Below are positions 1 through 10,719 of a stretch of 64,000 bases of DNA, piece after piece. The notes below the pieces were generated by a model. The model searched no databases. It was not told the origin of the DNA and worked only from the letters and a program-made list of their open reading frames with translations. Position numbers and translations under genes: made by a program. Each line of letters opens with the position of its first letter. Position 1 is the first letter of the stretch. The DNA comes from Shigella phage Henu11: sequence record OM953433. One strand, written 5' to 3'.

Positions 1-209
1 ATAATTTTCTATATAGGTAGTATACCCGTCAGGTTACTCATGTCAACAATTTTATACTAAATACATTCTAACTGCTGCATTTACTGCAAATGACAACAGA
101 GTAAGGGCTAAGGCTGCTTTGTATGTTATACTTAAGAGTTTACTTGTGAAGTAAGCCAATGATAAAACAACAAATATAAACAGAACAATTGCACTAAACA
201 TACTGGCCT

Positions 210-1310
210 CTATTCATAGTCTCGAATTACTAGCCCAACAGGGAACTGTAAAGAACCCTTACGAGTCATCTTCTGGAACTGAACCGTTAAAGGCTTCCCG
301 ATAAACTCTTCAGGATGTTCAGCAAGATACTTTTTCTTCTCGTGTGTAGTTTTCCATGAAACATCTACAAAGACGTTAGGAAGAGTCTCTACAACGAACT
401 TGCCATGACCACGCTTATCAGTCTTCACACCCGTTACTGTGAACTCTTTGGTGTGCATCTTCTTATGTTTAATCAAGAAGTATGAACGGTGACCACACTC
501 ATAGAATGAATCTGGGGAGATTGAACGGTACATTGCCCCTTCAAACTTCGCTTCAACCCACTTATCATGAGCAGTGTCAAATTCTTCCCAAGAGTTAACA
601 CGACGAGATTTAACAGGGACAACTCTACAGCCATTTCTCAGGTCATTTAAAGGTGAAGTCTCAATAACTTCACGACGCTCAGGCCAAGATTTAGTCTTGT
701 CACAGATATCATACCAGTAGAACTTAAGAAGGTGACGGTCTGGATTGTCAGCATTCTTAATCATAGATACAATATCTTCCAAGTCCCAACCATGAGCATA
801 AATCTCACCATCGAAATCCTCAACATCTTTGTGCAGTTTCAGCATAAGAAGAACATCAGGAATCAACTCTACAGGAATGTTGTATACCGTGTTCTCACGA
901 GAATATGCCGTAAAACTTTCTGAGTCAGCATCTCTTGAAATCCTGCAACGAACACCATCAAGTTTAGGTTGAGCATCGGCAGGGAATACCAGATACTTCT
1001 TGTGACTTATCTTGGAAGCATCCTGAGCAAGCTGTACACCAACCTTCTCAACATTCTCTGCTTCAGACTTTGTGTAAGCATACCCTTTACGGTCAACCTG
1101 CTTCTTGTACTTAGCAGCAACTTCAAAGAGAGCTTGCTGTTCAGCATTACGCTCATTCTTCTTACCAATGTTCTTTGGTTCTGCTGTGTACTCTTCGAAC
1201 ATCATCTTGCCATTTTCTTTACCGTAGGTTGTAACAACTTTATCACCTACAGCAACACATGACCAAACGTTGAAAGAACCATCTTTGTTTTGTTTGTACA
1301 GAATTGTCAT
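210..1310 (-). CDS. ATP-dependent DNA ligase
   Basis: 366 aa; adenylation motif I KLDGVR, FDGEIY, EGAMYR and lysine-rich LIKHKK motifs typical of small phage ATP ligases. Confidence 0.85.
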   Translation of the reverse strand: MTILYKQNKDGSFNVWSCVAVGDKVVTTYGKENGKMMFEEYTAEPKNIGKKNERNAEQQALFEVAAKYKKQVDRKGYAYTKSEAENVEKVGVQLAQDASKISHKKYLVFPADAQPKLDGVRCRISRDADSESFTAYSRENTVYNIPVELIPDVLLMLKLHKDVEDFDGEIYAHGWDLEDIVSMIKNADNPDRHLLKFYWYDICDKTKSWPERREVIETSPLNDLRNGCRVVPVKSRRVNSWEEFDTAHDKWVEAKFEGAMYRSISPDSFYECGHRSYFLIKHKKMHTKEFTVTGVKTDKRGHGKFVVETLPNVFVDVSWKTTHEKKKYLAEHPEEFIGKPLTVQFQKMTRKGSLQFPVGLVIRDYE

Positions 1311-1513
1311 TTTCTCTTACCACCAATTTCTACGTCGATAACTTGAGTGTCTCCACAAACATCAAACTTGTGAATGACATTTTCTACAGTGTAAGTCCAA
1401 CCATCAATCCTTACCCACTCACCTTCTCGTGGTACGATAGGGTTACGTTGGGCAACTGTAGTAGTTGAGTGTATAACGTCATATAGGTGAATAAAGTTTA
1501 CCAGTACTTGCAT
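1307..1513 (-). CDS. hypothetical protein
   Basis: ORF in minus-strand operon; start trimmed to internal ATG just after upstream stop. Confidence 0.35.
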   Translation of the reverse strand: MQVLVNFIHLYDVIHSTTTVAQRNPIVPREGEWVRIDGWTYTVENVIHKFDVCGDTQVIDVEIGGKRK

Positions 1514-1514
1514 C

Positions 1515-1760
1515 TTAATATCCTTCGTCAATAACGGTGATGTGTTGAGTGCTTGACTTACCATACCTGTAAGAAGTTGTTGTCTGTGAATTTGGGCAAC
1601 GGACTACTATTAAGTCATATTTAAATGTTGACCCATTAAGTTTGTATATTGAACAATCTCTCATCTCTGGAGGTAACTCATAGTTACTGTCTTGGTTGTC
1701 ATAACTTGGGTTACAGCCAGTTAGAAAAAGCACTCCAAGTGCAATGATTGTTTTCCACAT
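1515..1760 (-). CDS. putative lipoprotein
   Basis: 81 aa; N-terminal signal peptide with lipobox LTGC; four further Cys. Confidence 0.45.
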   Translation of the reverse strand: MWKTIIALGVLFLTGCNPSYDNQDSNYELPPEMRDCSIYKLNGSTFKYDLIVVRCPNSQTTTSYRYGKSSTQHITVIDEGY

Positions 1761-1981
1761 AGTTGATTTCCTTTTTCACAGTTTTCTTCGTAACCTTCTT
1801 GGACGGTCTTGTAAAGTTCCTTGAAAGTTTCTTCTTTCACTGGCTCTACAGACTTTGCTTTACACAAGTCCAAGTACCATTGATAGTCTAACCCACGACA
1901 CCATGCTTCAGACACAAAAGAAATCTGAGGGTTTATGTGTCGGATTATTGCTAAACCCGCTTCTTCTTTACTACTCATCAA
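1721..1981 (-). CDS. hypothetical protein
   Basis: 86 aa ORF in operon context. Confidence 0.4.
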   Translation of the reverse strand: MMSSKEEAGLAIIRHINPQISFVSEAWCRGLDYQWYLDLCKAKSVEPVKEETFKELYKTVQEGYEENCEKGNQLCGKQSLHLECFF

Positions 1982-2107
1982 ACTTAACCTCTCTAAAAGT
2001 CTTTAAGTAATATAGCTTGTAGTAAACTATTTCGCAACTACGAACATTTGTTTTTAAAAGGTTCCAATCAAACCCTTCACCCATCCTTCCCCAGATGCTG
2101 TAGAGCT

Positions 2108-2290
2108 TCACTGTAAAATGCTCCATCCAGTTTTCTGCCAATCACACCCACGATACCATGTAGCCATTGGGTAACCCATTTCACAGACAATCTTCCCATC
2201 TTTCATTTCGAAGAACTCATCAGATGTGAAATTTTCATTACGTACTTTGTGACCACTCTTCATGGCTTCAATAGCTTCTTCATAAGTCAT
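2108..2290 (-). CDS. hypothetical protein
   Basis: 60 aa ORF. Confidence 0.3.
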   Translation of the reverse strand: MTYEEAIEAMKSGHKVRNENFTSDEFFEMKDGKIVCEMGYPMATWYRGCDWQKTGWSILQ

Positions 2291-2307
2291 TTTGATTTCT
2301 CCAATAC

Positions 2308-2520
2308 TTAAAAGTTAATGTCGATGCGTTCACCCTTAAGGACTCCAGTGTGGTCTCTTGCAATCTTACCGTCAACAATAAGGATATGTGCAGCCCTTAA
2401 AGAGTCACGATTAAAACCTTTTACGAACTTACTAGGCATCACTACAATAAGCATCTCCTGAATCAACTCTGGAGTATAGCAATTGTCGTGAAGTTGTTGG
2501 ATAACGTCTGAAAGTGTCAT
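2308..2520 (-). CDS. hypothetical protein
   Basis: 70 aa ORF. Confidence 0.35.
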   Translation of the reverse strand: MTLSDVIQQLHDNCYTPELIQEMLIVVMPSKFVKGFNRDSLRAAHILIVDGKIARDHTGVLKGERIDINF

Positions 2521-2571
2521 GTAACCTCCTATACAAGATATAGTATAAGGTACTCTTCCATGAGCACCTTG

Positions 2572-3087
2572 TCAACTTAGTTTTGCAAACTCTCCGTGGA
2601 GTTTAATAGCAGCTTCACAGTAAGCTTTATGGGCTTCTTCTTCTGTTGTGTATGTACCTATATGTATAGTCTTGCCATTATGGTTAATCTGGGCTATCCA
2701 CTTACCAGACTTGCTTCTACTTGTACCTTTTAAGTTTTTTGATGTTCTGGGTTGTCTCCTATTAGACATGTTCTGTTCTTTTGTGGCCTCCCTGAGATTG
2801 TCCCAAGCGTTATTCAAACCATCTCCATCTTTGTGGTCAATGTGTTTATCAGGCCACTTGCCTGTCATCCAGAACCAAGCAATTCGGTGATTGCCTGTCC
2901 TGTATCCTAAAATCTGTGTGTGCATATACACACCAGACCTTGTGCGCTTGATTGCTCCGGCTTGGCTCCCAATAACCACCCTACTACTATGTGGAGGCCT
3001 GCCAATCCACGTTAAGACCCCTGTTTCGGGGTCATAGTTTAACCAAGACTTTAACTGTTCATGTGTGAATCCACAATCTCGCATCAA
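2572..3087 (-). CDS. HNH homing endonuclease with AP2-like DNA-binding domain
   Basis: 171 aa; HIDHKDGDGLNNAWDNLREAT HNH core; N-terminal YDPETGVLTW paralogous to ORF 12631-13167; lies immediately 3' of DNA polymerase. Confidence 0.75.
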   Translation of the reverse strand: MMRDCGFTHEQLKSWLNYDPETGVLTWIGRPPHSSRVVIGSQAGAIKRTRSGVYMHTQILGYRTGNHRIAWFWMTGKWPDKHIDHKDGDGLNNAWDNLREATKEQNMSNRRQPRTSKNLKGTSRSKSGKWIAQINHNGKTIHIGTYTTEEEAHKAYCEAAIKLHGEFAKLS

Positions 3088-5783
3088 TGTACCTCATACC
3101 AGCTCTTACCAACTTTACCAGTACCTGTTACCAAGGTTTCTTTCCTTAGTCCAAGGTTTTTAGAAGCTTGTCCGTACATCCAGTCAGTAATAGCCTTAAC
3201 TTCTTGAGTCATACTTTCTGGACATTCCCAACTATTTTCGTCGTGGTATGCCAGAAGAAGTCTAGCTCCAATAGCTGGCTTACGCCCATTTAGTTTCATC
3301 AACCCTTCATCATATGCTCTACGACATGCAAGGTTAATTGCTTCATTCTGGACTTGACTTTCTGAACCCATCAAAAGGTAATTTAACAGCTTGTGTGGAG
3401 ACTTACACCACAGCCAAGCTCCAGCAACCTTCACAAAACCACCTTTAGCTATCGCAGCAGTTTTACCAAACACCTCTTCAAGTGCTTTCTTAGTTGCTTT
3501 GAAATCAGCTTCCAAGTTGTCTAACAGTTTCTTAATCTTCGGCAAGCGCACAAAGTAAGTCTGCTTAGTCAATGCACCTTCCTGAGTAGTTGCTGCTTTA
3601 ATTGTTTTAGCAAACTTCTCATCACCTGCACCGAACAACAGGGCATAGATACCATTCTTAGCTTTCTTACGTCCCTTGCTAATCTCATGAAGAAGATTCT
3701 CATCCTGAGTAGCACGACAAGTCAAGATATCTTGCTCATCATTAAGGCTGAAGTAGATACTGTTCAGAGTGTGAGCATCAGTCCCTGAGTAAACTACGTA
3801 CAAATCGTTTTCAGAGTCATAACGCAGATACTTGTCAATCTCTGGATTCAGATACTGGTCAAAGTGTTTGCAGTAGTATCTTCCATCCTCTTGACGAACA
3901 AACTCAATCTCTTCTTTACCCTCTGTTACCGCTTTGGTGAAGTCTTTATCACCCATGAAGTTACAGAGTAGTACAAGCTGTGCAGAGTTCATATCAACAG
4001 ATACTACGTTGGTTCCCTCTTCACAAATCCACACTGCCCTCATTGGCTCACCGTAAACAGCAGCACCAGAAGGTACGTTTACAATACCATACTGAGTCAT
4101 ACGTCCAGTAGAAGTACCAAACACCATTGCACCTGCACTCAAACGACCATCTGGACGAATCTGGTTCAGCCAACCTTTCTCATCATCCTTTGAGTTCTCA
4201 ATAGTCCTGCGTCGGTGCATCAAAGTATAGTACTTCGCAATCTTCTGTCCAAGCTCACCTTCGATTGTATCATAAGAAGACTCTGTAAGCTTTGGTGAAG
4301 TCCTAATCAAGCAAGGCTCAAGCACATCTGTGTACTTCTTAACAGACCAGTTATGCTCGATGTAATAGACACCTTCATGCTCAATATAGTTCAACCCACA
4401 ACGCTCAACCATCTCATCCCACTTAGGATGTTTGCGAATCATCTTTTTGTTGTCTTTGAATCTGCAAACCTTAACCGGACGACCATCAGAATCTTTTTTG
4501 TAGTTCCAATCATCAGGAATCCAACCAACAGATTTTAAGTAATCCTTCACCACAGCTACCTGAGTCATTCGTGAAACTTCAAACTCAATTGGTGTGAATG
4601 GTGCATCAATCAAACCAGTGTAGCGACTTGACTCCAACTCGAAGTGATTTACAACATGCACATTATAGTACTTCACAATCTTCACAGTCTTAACTGGTTT
4701 CCAATCTTTACACTTCTTCCCAATCTTCTCATTCAGTTCATTACAAACTGCACGAGCATCTTTCATTGCTACGAAACCTTCAGGGTACTCTTCTTTGGTA
4801 ACCGTATTAGTTGGTGTGTAGCAGTTACGTTTCTCAACGTTAAAAATCTTTGTAGTTGGCTTTCCATATGGCTTGATAGGGTATTGCTTCAACTCACCTT
4901 CACGCATCTGTTCACGATACTTTGTCTTAGGGTACTTGGTAATCCTTTTTAAGCCGTCAACGTGACCAAATGTATCCACATACTCATTCCAAGACTTAGC
5001 AAACTCTTCACCTGTGACCTTACCTTTTGTCTTGATAGTTGGTGGCAGGTGTGGCTCAACCTCAGCAGCTAACTCATTAGTTAACTTGTCAAGTTCTTTA
5101 ACATGGAACTGCATAAGTTCTACATCAGCTTTCCAACCGTTGATAGCTTGCTGGCTCATCCAGAAAGATGTTTCTTTAGCTCGCATATAGGTTTCATAAG
5201 TGTCAACACCACACTTCTTAAGCTTAAGGTACTCATTATCAAGAGCACGTTTAGTTTTGGCGTTAATCTTAATATCTTCTACAACACGAGTAAGAATCTC
5301 TGCATTCCATACACCCCACTCTTCAATCTCTGGTTTACGAACACCAACACGAGCACCCCATGCAGCCAAACCATGAGCACCTTTGTAACCTTTTGGTGTA
5401 GGTCTATCCATCCACTGTACGCGAGATTGGATAAGTGAATCCTGAAAGAAGTCACTCCAAGGCTTACACTTAGGATTCTCAAAGTTCCACAGGTCAGGTG
5501 CAATGTGATTAAACACCCACCAGTCATAACCAAGACCATTGTGGATACAAAGACGTTTAGCTTTCAGTGCAAACTCAACACCTTCACGCAGACCACCTTT
5601 GATGTATTTTGTATACTTGTGACCAAGAATAGGCTCATCAGTGAAAACCCACACAGCAGGTTCATCACTGTCATCTTTATAGTCTGCGAAAGCCATTACG
5701 TGTGCTTTTGTAAACTCAAGGAGCAACCCATCAGTTTCTGTATCACCAACCAAATGTAATTTTTCGAAATCTACATTGTCCAT
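3084..5783 (-). CDS. DNA polymerase, family A (T7 gp5-like) with 3'-5' exonuclease domain
   Basis: 899 aa; exo motifs DTETDGL and HNGLGYDW; pol motifs GAHGLAAWGARVG, LFGAGDEKFA, LLAYHDENSWECP resembling T7 DNA polymerase. Confidence 0.9.
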   Translation of the reverse strand: MDNVDFEKLHLVGDTETDGLLLEFTKAHVMAFADYKDDSDEPAVWVFTDEPILGHKYTKYIKGGLREGVEFALKAKRLCIHNGLGYDWWVFNHIAPDLWNFENPKCKPWSDFFQDSLIQSRVQWMDRPTPKGYKGAHGLAAWGARVGVRKPEIEEWGVWNAEILTRVVEDIKINAKTKRALDNEYLKLKKCGVDTYETYMRAKETSFWMSQQAINGWKADVELMQFHVKELDKLTNELAAEVEPHLPPTIKTKGKVTGEEFAKSWNEYVDTFGHVDGLKRITKYPKTKYREQMREGELKQYPIKPYGKPTTKIFNVEKRNCYTPTNTVTKEEYPEGFVAMKDARAVCNELNEKIGKKCKDWKPVKTVKIVKYYNVHVVNHFELESSRYTGLIDAPFTPIEFEVSRMTQVAVVKDYLKSVGWIPDDWNYKKDSDGRPVKVCRFKDNKKMIRKHPKWDEMVERCGLNYIEHEGVYYIEHNWSVKKYTDVLEPCLIRTSPKLTESSYDTIEGELGQKIAKYYTLMHRRRTIENSKDDEKGWLNQIRPDGRLSAGAMVFGTSTGRMTQYGIVNVPSGAAVYGEPMRAVWICEEGTNVVSVDMNSAQLVLLCNFMGDKDFTKAVTEGKEEIEFVRQEDGRYYCKHFDQYLNPEIDKYLRYDSENDLYVVYSGTDAHTLNSIYFSLNDEQDILTCRATQDENLLHEISKGRKKAKNGIYALLFGAGDEKFAKTIKAATTQEGALTKQTYFVRLPKIKKLLDNLEADFKATKKALEEVFGKTAAIAKGGFVKVAGAWLWCKSPHKLLNYLLMGSESQVQNEAINLACRRAYDEGLMKLNGRKPAIGARLLLAYHDENSWECPESMTQEVKAITDWMYGQASKNLGLRKETLVTGTGKVGKSWYEVH

Positions 5784-6042
5784 TTTTACTCCCTCTCAAA
5801 TCATTCTGGATAATACCCTACAGCAATTTTCTGCAAAAAGCAAGTTGACAAACTACTTGACAAGGTGTTAGTCTTTTCGAAGTGGGTTTTATCTTAATAG
5901 ACTCCCTTTATAGATTAACTATACAGTTTCTTTAAAAGTCTTAAAAGATTTTTAATAGCTTTTAAAAAGCTTTAAAGTTATATGTATAACATACATAAAG
6001 ATAAGAGATTAAAATCTTTATAGATACTTAACAGAGGCAATC

Positions 6043-6483
6043 ATGCAGAGGATGTACGTTCACCCAGATATCAATAACCTTGTCCAAGCTTTAGAAAGAG
6101 TTGAAGCACTTTACATCGAGGCTCAGAAGGAGTATGCTTATCAACATCGTCGAATGGTTGATGTTCAGCATGAGATAGAACTATCAAGTGGATACGACGA
6201 AGGTTTAAAGTGTTCTGTATTTGAGCACATGAAAGAGATATCTTCAGAAAGACGTAAAGCGAAAGACACAATCTTTTTGATAGATACCTTAAAAAATAAG
6301 TTGCAAAATGGAACGGACTTAGATAGTCTATCCCAACTGCTTCAGGATGCAGAGAATACGTGGGACAGAAATTACTTCCCACGGTCTGAAAAAGGACTTG
6401 ACTTCTCTTCACAAGAAAGCTTAAGATTATCACGACTTACTATTAACAAAATGAGAGAGATTAAAGATGAAAACTGTAAATGA
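6043..6483 (+). CDS. hypothetical protein
   Basis: 146 aa; first gene of plus-strand block after AT-rich divergent region. Confidence 0.5.
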   Translation: MQRMYVHPDINNLVQALERVEALYIEAQKEYAYQHRRMVDVQHEIELSSGYDEGLKCSVFEHMKEISSERRKAKDTIFLIDTLKNKLQNGTDLDSLSQLLQDAENTWDRNYFPRSEKGLDFSSQESLRLSRLTINKMREIKDENCK

Positions 6484-7261
6484 GATTCTGGAAGAAAAAG
6501 GTATTGACGAAGCATTCATGCTGAACACTGTTGAGACTCTTGCTATCATTATGCGTAGCAACTCACTGTCAGGAAAATTTATCCCTGAATCTCTGCGTGT
6601 TGTAAAAAACGCTGTAGAGAATGACGAAGATTTCCGTAAAGAGGTTGAATACCTGCTGTCTAATAAGACTGATGCTCTGAAAACCATCCTCATTGGTGTT
6701 GATGCTTTTGCAACATATATCTTTGATGAAATGTATTCAGGTGGATACATCCAGATTACTGAGCAGGGTATTAAAGAGCTTGATAACATGAGTGATGAAG
6801 ACATTCTGAAAGCTATTTGTACGCCAGTTGCTGCTGTAATGGCATCACTAGAGAAGCGTATGAATGATAAGTCACCACGTTATGTAAAACTTGATTGGGG
6901 CTTTGATGAAGTATCTGAAAAGGCAATTCAGTATGCTGATGAGACAATGAATAAGCTGTCAGAGATTACTAATGGTCTCGCATTAGACCCTATTCAGGTG
7001 AAGGTAACTTCACTGTTAAACGCTATCTTTAGTATCATGGGTATCCATGCTTTACTTGAAGTTTCAAAAATGTTAGAGTCTGACCCAAGCTTTGTAGAGA
7101 GCATTTCACAAGGTGCTCATACAGCAGCACTCGGAGAAGTATTTAGTCAAACTGGTGCAGCAGTTCTTAGCACCAAGATTGCAATCAACTTCGGTGAAGA
7201 GTTTGTTCAGCAGCTAGAAGCAATGTCTGAGCGTGAACTCACTGGTTATAAACTACAATAA
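6467..7261 (+). CDS. hypothetical protein
   Basis: 264 aa ORF followed by hairpin terminator. Confidence 0.5.
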   Translation: MKTVNEILEEKGIDEAFMLNTVETLAIIMRSNSLSGKFIPESLRVVKNAVENDEDFRKEVEYLLSNKTDALKTILIGVDAFATYIFDEMYSGGYIQITEQGIKELDNMSDEDILKAICTPVAAVMASLEKRMNDKSPRYVKLDWGFDEVSEKAIQYADETMNKLSEITNGLALDPIQVKVTSLLNAIFSIMGIHALLEVSKMLESDPSFVESISQGAHTAALGEVFSQTGAAVLSTKIAINFGEEFVQQLEAMSERELTGYKLQ

Positions 7262-7276
7262 TTGTGGCATACCCTT

Positions 7277-7304
7277 AAGCCTCCTTAATTGGGGGCTTTT
7301 TATT
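7277..7304 (+). terminator. rho-independent terminator
   Basis: hairpin AGCCTCC...GGGGGCT followed by TTTTTATT. Confidence 0.5.
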
Positions 7305-7318
7305 ATGGAGTGACTTAT

Positions 7319-8059
7319 ATGAAAAGTGTTATTGCATTTACTGGAAAAGCTCGTTCTGGAAAGGATACGTCTTGCAGCATTGTAAAAAATCTATTGAATG
7401 AGGTTGGATACACTGTTAAAGTGTTTGCGTTTGCCGATAACTTAAAAGCAACTGCTGGGTTTATCTTTGACTTAAACTGGCACGACCTATATGGTGATAC
7501 GAAAGAAACGCCTAAAAAGTTTAGCTTAGATTTTGACAACCTTAACTCTCGTGTGGCATGGGCTTTCAATATAAACATGAAAAGCAAGGGTATACAAGAT
7601 GATGCAAAACTTTGTGGGGAAATCACAGACAGACTTATCAAAGAGTTAAAGAAAGTTGGTAAGCCAACATTGCTTACAAAGCTTGGTTTGAAAAATGAAT
7701 ATATGATTTCCTCAAGACAAATACAGCAAGTCTGGGGTAGTGAGGTTATCCGTAAAATTCTTGGAGAGCGTTTCTGGATTACAGACTTAGCAGAACGTAT
7801 TGAAAAATTCTATGGTGATTGTGTTAAGAAAAGTCACATAGGTATTGCACTGATATGTGATTTAAGGTTTGATATTGAAGCTGAGTTCCTTCAAAGCTAT
7901 GATAGCCAGATAATTGAGATTACAAGAAAAGATGCTATTCAGGTGGCTTCCCATAGCTCTGAACGTGGTATCTCCACTAACTTCTCCCGTGATATTATCC
8001 AGAATAACGGAACGATGGAAGAGTTAGAGAGTAAACTTAAAACCATTATCAATCTATAA
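7319..8059 (+). CDS. deoxynucleoside monophosphate kinase (T4 gp1-like)
   Basis: P-loop FTGKARSGKDT near N-terminus and C-terminal GTMEELESKLK resembling T4 dNMP kinase; start placed at ATG with GGAG RBS. Confidence 0.75.
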   Translation: MKSVIAFTGKARSGKDTSCSIVKNLLNEVGYTVKVFAFADNLKATAGFIFDLNWHDLYGDTKETPKKFSLDFDNLNSRVAWAFNINMKSKGIQDDAKLCGEITDRLIKELKKVGKPTLLTKLGLKNEYMISSRQIQQVWGSEVIRKILGERFWITDLAERIEKFYGDCVKKSHIGIALICDLRFDIEAEFLQSYDSQIIEITRKDAIQVASHSSERGISTNFSRDIIQNNGTMEELESKLKTIINL

Positions 8060-8062
8060 AAG

Positions 8063-8263
8063 GTGTTGAAGATGAGAGATAATAACTTTAAAGTAATTGA
8101 CCACCGTACAGTGGAACTCTCATCTCTTTCCAAAGAAGTTATGATGGAGCGACTTGAAAGGGTCGCTTCAAGAAGGAAAGAGATTGCAGAAGAAATCCAT
8201 GAGCTTGATAAGATTGAAAACGGTCTTAAGGCAGAACTACAACGAAGAGGTGTGAATGGCTAA
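8063..8263 (+). CDS. hypothetical coiled-coil protein
   Basis: 66 aa ORF. Confidence 0.4.
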   Translation: MLKMRDNNFKVIDHRTVELSSLSKEVMMERLERVASRRKEIAEEIHELDKIENGLKAELQRRGVNG

Positions 8264-10247
8264 ACAGAGAAAACTGAAAGATGCTGGAACATTTGTAGGC
8301 CACTGTGCATGTCCACGCCCTCAATGTTTATCTTCAGATGCAGGTTCTATATATCGTCATGATGACGGTTCATATTCAATGACATGTTTCAGTTGTGGAA
8401 AAGGTTTTCCAGAGTGGGATTTTGATAAAGGGCAGATTGTGAGTACTCATACTTCAGGTTCAGAGAATAAAAACCGTACATTTCGTGGTATGGATTTGGA
8501 TGATGTGAAAGAAAACCTAGAAGCAATGGATTTAAAAGATAGGAAGATTCCTGCAAAAGTCCTTGAGCGTCTCGGTATTAAAGTTGATATTGATGATAAC
8601 GGTGATATTGATGCACATTTCTATCCAACATACAAAAAGGATGAAGATGGTAAGTTGCAACATGTAGGTTATCGTGTTCGTCACAAATATCCAGATGACT
8701 ATCACAAAGAGCACTTACGTGGGAAGTTGAAAGACTTTTCTGGTGGTGTCGGAGATATTAAAGGTGAACTGGCTATGTTCGGTTCATGGATTGCTCCAGA
8801 AGGTGGTAACCGTCTTTTCATCTGGGAAGGTGAGATGGAATGTGCTACAGCAATCTACATGACTTCTTTAGCAATTAAAGATAAGTCTAGACGTAAGAAT
8901 TACTGCCACGTTTCTGTACCATCTGGTGCTAATGTTAAGTCTATCAAAGAGAACTATCAGTATATTACTTCCTTTGATGAGATTTACCTATGCTTTGATA
9001 ATGATGAAGCAGGGGCTAAAGCAACTAAGGAAGCTGCTGGTATCTTACCTATTGAGAAAGTAAGACTATTCCAGTATCCTGAAGGTATTAAAGACCTTAG
9101 TGAGTGGTGGACTAAGTTCTTCAAAGACAAAGATACAGTCTTAGAAGGATTTAAACAACGAATCTACAATGCACCTCGTTACTGCCCTGCTGGTATCAAG
9201 AACTTTGCAGATGGTTTCGATGCTATGAAGAATCGTGGTCAGATTCCTTTAATTCCTTTCCCAGATTCTTTCGGGGATTTGAATAAGCTGACTTATGGCG
9301 GGTATGGTTTAGGTGAGATTACAACCCTTGCTGCACCTTCATCTGTAGGTAAATCTGCATATACTCGTGAGATGATTTACAAAGCATGGAAAGATACTGA
9401 GTACAACATCGGTGTAATTCCTGTAGAAGATACTTACGAAGAACTTATGGAAATGCTCTGTGCAATCCATCTTAGTAAGCAGATTTCAGAGATTCCTTAC
9501 GATGAGCGTAATTGGGATGAGATTAAGGTTGCACATGCTGAGTTGTCAAAAGGTCGTCGTATTCACATCGTAGACCACCAAGGGGCAATTGACCAAGATA
9601 ACCTGCTGGAGTTTGTTGACTATCTGGTTAACAGTCTCGATTGTAAGATTATCATCCTTGACCCTATTACATTGGCACTGTCACGCTCTGATACAGATGA
9701 AGAAGAAGTTCTGTCTGAGTTACTTCGTCGCTGTAAGCGTTATCAGTATGCTCAGGTAAACGTATGTCACGTTCGTAAGAGTGCAGGTGGTCAAAAGGCC
9801 AACTCTGAAGGTGGTGATATTTCTGAAGAAGATATCAAGGGTTCTGGTGCATACTTCCAGATTTCCATGAACAACATTTTGCTTATGCGTAACAAGGTTG
9901 ACCCAGACCCTGTTAAAAAGAACTTGACAAAAATCAAGCTAACAAAATGTCGCCGTCATGGTAAGTCAACTGGTATTGCTGGTCACACTTGGTATAATCC
10001 AGATACAGGTCGTCTTGTAAAGGCTGCTGGATGTGGTGTTGATATTGATGGTGCAGCAGAGAATATTCGTCAGCAGTTTGGTATTGGTGAGGCTGAAGAC
10101 CATTACGATGACTCTATGCCACACTATGAAGATGTTGATTTTGACCGTGAATCTGGAGAGATTTACACACAAGAACAACGTGAAAGTTCCACCATTCCAC
10201 CTGTGATTAACGAGGATAATGATGACTGTCCGTTCGAAACTGATTGA
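8256..10247 (+). CDS. DNA primase/helicase (T7 gp4-like)
   Basis: 663 aa; N-terminal Cys-rich zinc ribbon, central primase-like region, C-terminal helicase P-loop AAPSSVGKSAY. Confidence 0.85.
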   Translation: MAKQRKLKDAGTFVGHCACPRPQCLSSDAGSIYRHDDGSYSMTCFSCGKGFPEWDFDKGQIVSTHTSGSENKNRTFRGMDLDDVKENLEAMDLKDRKIPAKVLERLGIKVDIDDNGDIDAHFYPTYKKDEDGKLQHVGYRVRHKYPDDYHKEHLRGKLKDFSGGVGDIKGELAMFGSWIAPEGGNRLFIWEGEMECATAIYMTSLAIKDKSRRKNYCHVSVPSGANVKSIKENYQYITSFDEIYLCFDNDEAGAKATKEAAGILPIEKVRLFQYPEGIKDLSEWWTKFFKDKDTVLEGFKQRIYNAPRYCPAGIKNFADGFDAMKNRGQIPLIPFPDSFGDLNKLTYGGYGLGEITTLAAPSSVGKSAYTREMIYKAWKDTEYNIGVIPVEDTYEELMEMLCAIHLSKQISEIPYDERNWDEIKVAHAELSKGRRIHIVDHQGAIDQDNLLEFVDYLVNSLDCKIIILDPITLALSRSDTDEEEVLSELLRRCKRYQYAQVNVCHVRKSAGGQKANSEGGDISEEDIKGSGAYFQISMNNILLMRNKVDPDPVKKNLTKIKLTKCRRHGKSTGIAGHTWYNPDTGRLVKAAGCGVDIDGAAENIRQQFGIGEAEDHYDDSMPHYEDVDFDRESGEIYTQEQRESSTIPPVINEDNDDCPFETD

Positions 10248-10500
10248 TAGTTATCTGAAGGAGGGTTTTGAACCCTTCTATTCAGAAAAAAGCAGAGAAA
10301 AATTTGTAAAAGAGTGCTTGACTAAGATAGAGCAGTTCGGTAAAGTACTCATCAACAAGGGACATGAAGTAAAGTTTGAACACTTATCAAAAGATAATGT
10401 TGAGCAATTTGCATTAGCGATTGATGGGTTATCTACAGTTTACACCTTTACCTTGACTAATAAACATTTTGAATATGAAATATATCGGAGAGATTCATGA
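10219..10500 (+). CDS. hypothetical protein
   Basis: 93 aa ORF. Confidence 0.4.
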   Translation: MMTVRSKLIDSYLKEGFEPFYSEKSREKFVKECLTKIEQFGKVLINKGHEVKFEHLSKDNVEQFALAIDGLSTVYTFTLTNKHFEYEIYRRDS

Positions 10501-10634
10501 AACATTCTAAAGCATTCGAGAAAGTATTTGGCGATTCCATGAAAGCAACTGCTGGTAAATCTGCTGAACACTATGTACAGAAGCGAGTTCGTACAGGTAA
10601 GACGGCTCGTAAAGCAGCTAAGAAATCTGCTTAA
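10497..10634 (+). CDS. hypothetical small basic protein (45 aa)
   Basis: short ORF not in track; ATG overlaps upstream stop; lysine/arginine-rich. Confidence 0.25.
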   Translation: MKHSKAFEKVFGDSMKATAGKSAEHYVQKRVRTGKTARKAAKKSA

Positions 10635-10638
10635 AGTG

Positions 10639-10668
10639 TTTGACAAGGGAGTACGAAGTCTGTAAGAT
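10639..10668 (+). promoter_or_regulatory. sigma70-like promoter
   Basis: TTGACA, 18-bp spacer, TAAGAT. Confidence 0.4.
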
Positions 10669-10719
10669 TGTACTCCTTGATAGTTGAGTTGAAAGTTAAT
10701 TTGAGAAAGAGGTATTAAA

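Noticed and set aside
4353-5759. Plus-strand ORFs 4353-4538, 4644-4952, 5103-5438, 5505-5759 and minus 5279-5539 inside the DNA polymerase gene
   Set aside because: Antisense or shadow frames of a well-supported 899-aa polymerase; low-complexity hydrophobic translations typical of antisense AT-rich coding sequence.
6071-6804. Minus-strand ORFs 6071-6433 and 6430-6804
   Set aside because: Antisense to plus-strand ORFs 6043-6483 and 6467-7261 which sit in a co-directional operon with RBSs; no independent support.
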